DNA of 63,981 nucleotides, the filler included, from Licmophora abbreviata (Eukaryota), in assembly GCA_900291995.1 (NCBI GenBank). It is 16 parts of 16 records of this genome, joined end to end, with 100 filler letters (N's around TTAATTAATTAA, not from the genome) between each part and the next. Parts side by side here need not be neighbours in the genome. Positions count along the whole stretch, not along the records: positions 59,544 to 62,753 come from OLMU01001533.1; positions 62,854 to 63,981 come from OLMU01001546.1; 14 more parts are not named here. One strand, 5' to 3'. Under the pieces are notes generated by a model. The model did no database searches. It had not been told where the DNA came from and saw only the letters and a program-made list of their open reading frames with translations. The first letter of the stretch is position 1; each line of letters starts with the position of its first letter. Shown piece by piece: positions 59,544 through 63,981 of this stretch. A program made the position numbers and the translations under genes.

Positions 59544-61478
59544 ACTGTAGTCGTCCAGCGAGTTGAAGAAGCCTTGAAGATACGAGTCGCTTGGCAGAAC
59601 CTCCTTGAAGTTGAACGCTTCCTCGAGCTGCGAAGCTGAGTATGCAAGTCCTCCAAACAGAGCAGCAAACACAAGTAGGACACCGGCTTTCACCCAAGGG
59701 CGAAGCAACTTATCAGCATACCAGCTCATAATCCTGTCAGCAACAGGTTGCTTGGGCTCTTCTTCAAAGTCGTTGGCCTCATCTACACGAGGATCCGCTT
59801 TCGAAAAGCAGACAATACAGTCACGACGCTTGTCCTTGACACGCTGCTCGTCGATGACGATGAGGGCGACAAAGAGGGTAATCTGAAAGATAAAGTCAAA
59901 GATGAGTGTCGGGATGGCATACTGACAAAGCCAATAGACAGCAGGGATGGAGCTGATAGTGCCGAGGGCAAACGCCGTTACTGAGGTCAACGTGGTGACA
60001 AAAACGCTGACCCCCACTTCGTCTAATGCCTCCTCAATTCTTGCGACGGCGTCCTTCTTGAAGTCAGTCCTTGCGTAGGCACCTGAAATAATGAAAGCAT
60101 CATCTGCATTGACAAAGAGCACGTTCAGAAACCGTGTGAGCTAGGTGCCACCGATTGCATTACATGTATTAAACAAGCCGCTGCATACGTACCAAGGCCA
60201 ATGCCAAAGATAATGAATGGCAAGATTTGCGTCATGGAGGTGAAGGGAACGCCGACAATGAACATGAGGCCGAAGCCTGACATGAGACTCAGGAGGACCG
60301 ACACGACAGCCCCGAACCCCAACAGACTCTGGGAGTAGACCCAGTCGCGCTTCCAGAAGACAATGCATGTAAAGATTGACATGCTGTGAAAGTGGTGTTG
60401 ATGGCGGAGTGTCAGTGGTGGACATCTAAGAAAACAAGAAACAGCACACACTTGTACTCACATTACAAAAACAGCAGGCACTAGTGGAATATCCGCCTCG
60501 ATTGCCCTTGTAAACTCGTCTTCAAAACTACGGTCAGCTGTCACCTCAAGACGAAAGAGGTTGCCGTCTTCCTTCTTCCAGTTGTCTCGAAGGTCCAAGG
60601 TGGCATCAAGAGCTTCGCCTTCAAAGGCTTTGGCAGGATCATCTTCCTTGGGAAGCTCAATACGGACAGAGAGTGACTGACCAAACGATAGAATGCCATT
60701 GCTATCAAACTCGGGATTTCCAATAACGGCCTTGTGATCAACCTTTCTGCCATCCGGGTAGGTCTTGGCTGACATGGCGACGACAGCTTCTTGGTCGGAC
60801 GAGATCTGCGACTCGAAGATCTCGATTGAATTGTTCCAGAAGTTGGTCACAGCAAACAGCGGGCAGGTTGAACCGCTTCCGTAGAGGGCACACAGATCAT
60901 CATAGCCAGGAGCACCTTGGTAGGCATCAATCGCCTTAAAGGCGCGGCGAACAGACTCCTGTCCCAAGACGTCCGTGCCATCAGAGTGAACGAGGAGGAT
61001 GCTTGTCCTTGGCTGGGTGGGAAATCCGCTCTCATCGTCAATCCATTTGCCATGCTGGACAGGCCGACTGTTTTCGGGAGTCCAGAGAGTATCCTCGTCG
61101 ACGTCCACATCGAAGTTGGTGAAGAGTCCAGCAACCATGAGGAGGACCGAGAATAACAGGACGACAACGATCCAGCTCTTGGGGTGAGTTGCAGCATTGT
61201 GGCCGGTGAAAAGGATGGACTTTTTGATGGGCTTGCGGATCGTAAGAAGGAGATTGGTCCATTTCTGTGACCAAGTAGGAATGGTATCGTCTGAGCAGAA
61301 TCGGATCCAGAAAGAGAAAGTTAGGTCATTGGCATGACGCACGACCGTTTTGACAGCAGGGGACTACTGACTACCTCGGCTTACCGATGATGCTGCTTGG
61401 AGGTTCAGTCGTCGGAGGATCAGTCTTCGAGTCAAGCTGAACGTCCTCGAGCGCTTCACGCTCGTTACGAGTTGACAT
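59544..61478 (-). CDS. Patched/NPC1-family sterol-sensing-domain transporter, 5' half; introns 61291-61384, 60384-60461, 60104-60192
   Basis: LWTP, RSFEDEF.RAI..DIPL, QILPFIIFGIGL|DDAFII, GVSVFVTTLTS..AF.LG..S.IPAV; all three splices keep the frame. Confidence 0.9.
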
Positions 61479-61811
61479 GTTTGTGCTGTAGATTGCTTGA
61501 GCAGAGTCTGGGAGATGAAATTGTGAGCACAAGTGCCGAATTGATTCAAGTCGCGCCAACCCGAGTCGAGATTTCTGTGGAACAAAAAAGTCAAAAAGTC
61601 ACGAGTTTTTCGACTTGACGATTTCTCAGGATCGTCAGAACTTGATCAGCAGAGTTCTTGAAGTGTGACAAACGTCACATAGGGAAGGACAAACGTACTT
61701 AGACACTCGGTACTCATGAAGGGGTCCAATCTCATAACCCATTGCGAGAGAGATGACAGAGCAACACAGCAACACAGCAACACAACCGACATTCCACTCG
61801 AGGATCCAGTG

Positions 61812-62753
61812 ATGGCGACCCTGATGTCTCTCTCCACCTCGCTTCGCCGGAACGCGGTAGCCTGTCTCCGCACGCGTAGGTCAAGCGCGGTAGCACGTTC
61901 ATTGCAGGAGGAATCAATGTTTTTGCCGACGCGTCACTCGCGACACGCTCCTCCGCCTACATGCTTGGATGCTTCACATCTCACGGCACTGACACAAGAA
62001 GTCTTGGAGTCGGGGCCTGGATCGCTCTTCACTTACGATCGTTCCCACGACGAAGACGCTTGGGCTGTTCAAGAGGTAGATGCAACGGTTCAGAAAGTGG
62101 AATATCTCGTACGAGGACATGCTGCCAGAATTCCTCGAACTCTCGCGAATCAGTTGTACGCCGCCGAGACTGACGAAGATGCTGCGGAGCATCTCACCGA
62201 CATGGACAGTCTCATGAAACGTATTCAGAAAGAAGGCGAAGACTACGTGAAGCTTCGAAAGGAGATGACGGCGCAGCTGATACCGGTAGATACCGACTCA
62301 AACTCGCCAGACGAGAGAGACGAATTTGACTTTGAAGATGACATGGAAGAAGCCGAATTTATTGACGAAAGCGAGCAGTCAACTAGTGACATGCTCGGCC
62401 AAAAAGTCGGGGCTCCACCTGGTCTGACCGTATCCATGGTGGATACATATTTGGATGCTATGGCTGTCGCTCCGACAGGATCTTGTCCTCCTAGCGAACT
62501 TTCGGATCTCCTCTACAAGACGGTCGCTCGATACCAAATGGACGGAGGGCAAGAATTCAACACCAACGTTCATACGACTCCTACCATACTTACATTCAAC
62601 GCCATCCTTCGCGCACTCTCCACCAACCTGGATCTGAAAAGTGACGAGAAAACACGGGATTCCGCATTGCAATTAGGAATTGGAATGTACGACAGCATGC
62701 GTCATATTGTGAATCGCAACAGCGCGACGTACACGTACTTGCTCAAACTGATT
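61812..62753 (+). CDS. Organelle-targeted PPR-like protein (3' end in gap)
   Basis: Basic presequence; PTILTFNAILRAL, RNSATYTYLLKLI. Confidence 0.6.
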
Positions 62754-63216
62754 NNNNNNNNNNNNNNNNNNNNNNNNNNNNNNNNNNNNNNNNNNNNTTA
62801 ATTAATTAANNNNNNNNNNNNNNNNNNNNNNNNNNNNNNNNNNNNNNNNNNNNGAGCAACGAGACGTTTCACTGTGTGGATGGCAATCGTATGTCCTGGT
62901 AGAGGTGTCTGCCAAGTCGCAGTGTCTTTTTACATTCCGCCGGCTCGTCGTTCTGGCACACGATCGCGACTAGCAAACGTTTGTTACAGCGAGACGCGAA
63001 GATGGGTTGATTGTAAGACACGAAGGCTAGGACATTGAATATGATTGGCGAGCGAACATCTGCCAAGAACGAGAGATGACATTACACCGTAATGCATAAT
63101 TGTATATTGCGGTAGCTTATCGATCTCTATTTCTCTACTCATGCACTCGAGCAAGCGCCCAGTCTCCTTTCGAGCTCATTTCTACTTCTTGTTGCTACAA
63201 GACTCTCTAGTTATAC

Positions 63217-63720
63217 TTATTTCGTGTGGACCTTGTTGTAAAAGAGCTGCATGAACTCTTCTTCGTCCACCATTGCATCCTCGCGATCCACGCGCAGCTC
63301 CTGCTGCACAATTTCCCATGCATCTTCCTCTGTCAAGGGATTTTCCGCCTTGATCTTCTTGAGGGCATCCACTGCCACTCTGGCCGAGATCTTGCCGTCA
63401 TCAGGCTCGTGGGCCACATCGATGACTTGCGTGAGGAAGTCCGTTGGGAGGCCTTGGTTGAAACTGTGGATGCAACAGGCAATATTGAATGTGGACGAGA
63501 CTGTACTGTTAGAGACCTAAGATAATATCGAACTACGTCGCTACACACATTCTCAGCTCACGTACTTGTTTCGACTGTACTCGTGAAGAATCTCGACGAG
63601 CTTATTCACAGCAGGCGGACGGAACATTGCGGGGGCGCGCAAGGAACGAACAGCCGTGTGCAGCACTAGCGGAGCACGGCGAGCCAACAGGAGAGAAGCC
63701 TGGCGTCTGGCGACAAACAT
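63217..63720 (-). CDS. Small, probably mitochondrial, EF-hand-like diatom protein; intron 63464-63565
   Basis: R/A/L-rich presequence; splice gives EYSRNN-FNQGLPTDF...DDGKIS..LKKIKAENPLTEED...VDEEEFMQL. Confidence 0.6.
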
Positions 63721-63981
63721 GGTCAAGAGGAAAGGTGCCGAGAGACAACGAGGGTCGATTGAAAATGCAGTTTGTGAGCATTCCCATTCGCTATAGGGCT
63801 GACAGTTGACAACTTGTGTTGACGCCTCGCTTCGTTTTCGCGCCAAACTTGAGAACCCCAACAGAGTGCGCCCGCCGAGCTAGAGCTCGTGGATTGACCG
63901 CCCGGCGCGCGCACGCCCGGCGCGCTTTCCCTAGAAAAAATTGAGGCGTGTTTTGTCATGTTGGGAAGATCGAAAGACGCG

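Noticed and set aside
5195..62853. Recurrent TTAATTAATTAA palindrome as a biological repeat or CRISPR-like element
   Set aside because: Always centred in 100-bp N blocks; it is a synthetic six-frame-stop linker.

Overview
Gene-dense eukaryotic nuclear DNA, almost certainly from a diatom. Evidence: an FCP/Lhcx-type antenna gene, ASAFAP-type plastid presequences, RXL propeptide motifs and short GT-AG introns. It is a gapped scaffold with 15 identical 100-bp linkers (44N-TTAATTAATTAA-44N). Genes read through several linkers with overlapping contig ends, so at those joins the contig order is real. About 28 genes or gene fragments can be supported. Four have single-base frameshifts that may be assembly errors. 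Main highlights: (1) a membrane-anchored CHAD (polyphosphate-binding) + PPX1/Prune-type DHH exopolyphosphatase fusion with a vacuolar-type dileucine signal; (2) a single ~1383-aa bacterial-type UvrB-UvrC fusion with an organelle-type presequence, split only by an assembly linker; (3) an array of five secreted, probably GPI-anchored paralogues built from an unrecognised 12-cysteine domain behind an RXL-ended propeptide; (4) a degenerate DIRS/Ngaro-like RNase H fragment where the 5' part of an adenylate cyclase gene should be. All family calls come from motif recognition by eye; no database search was run.
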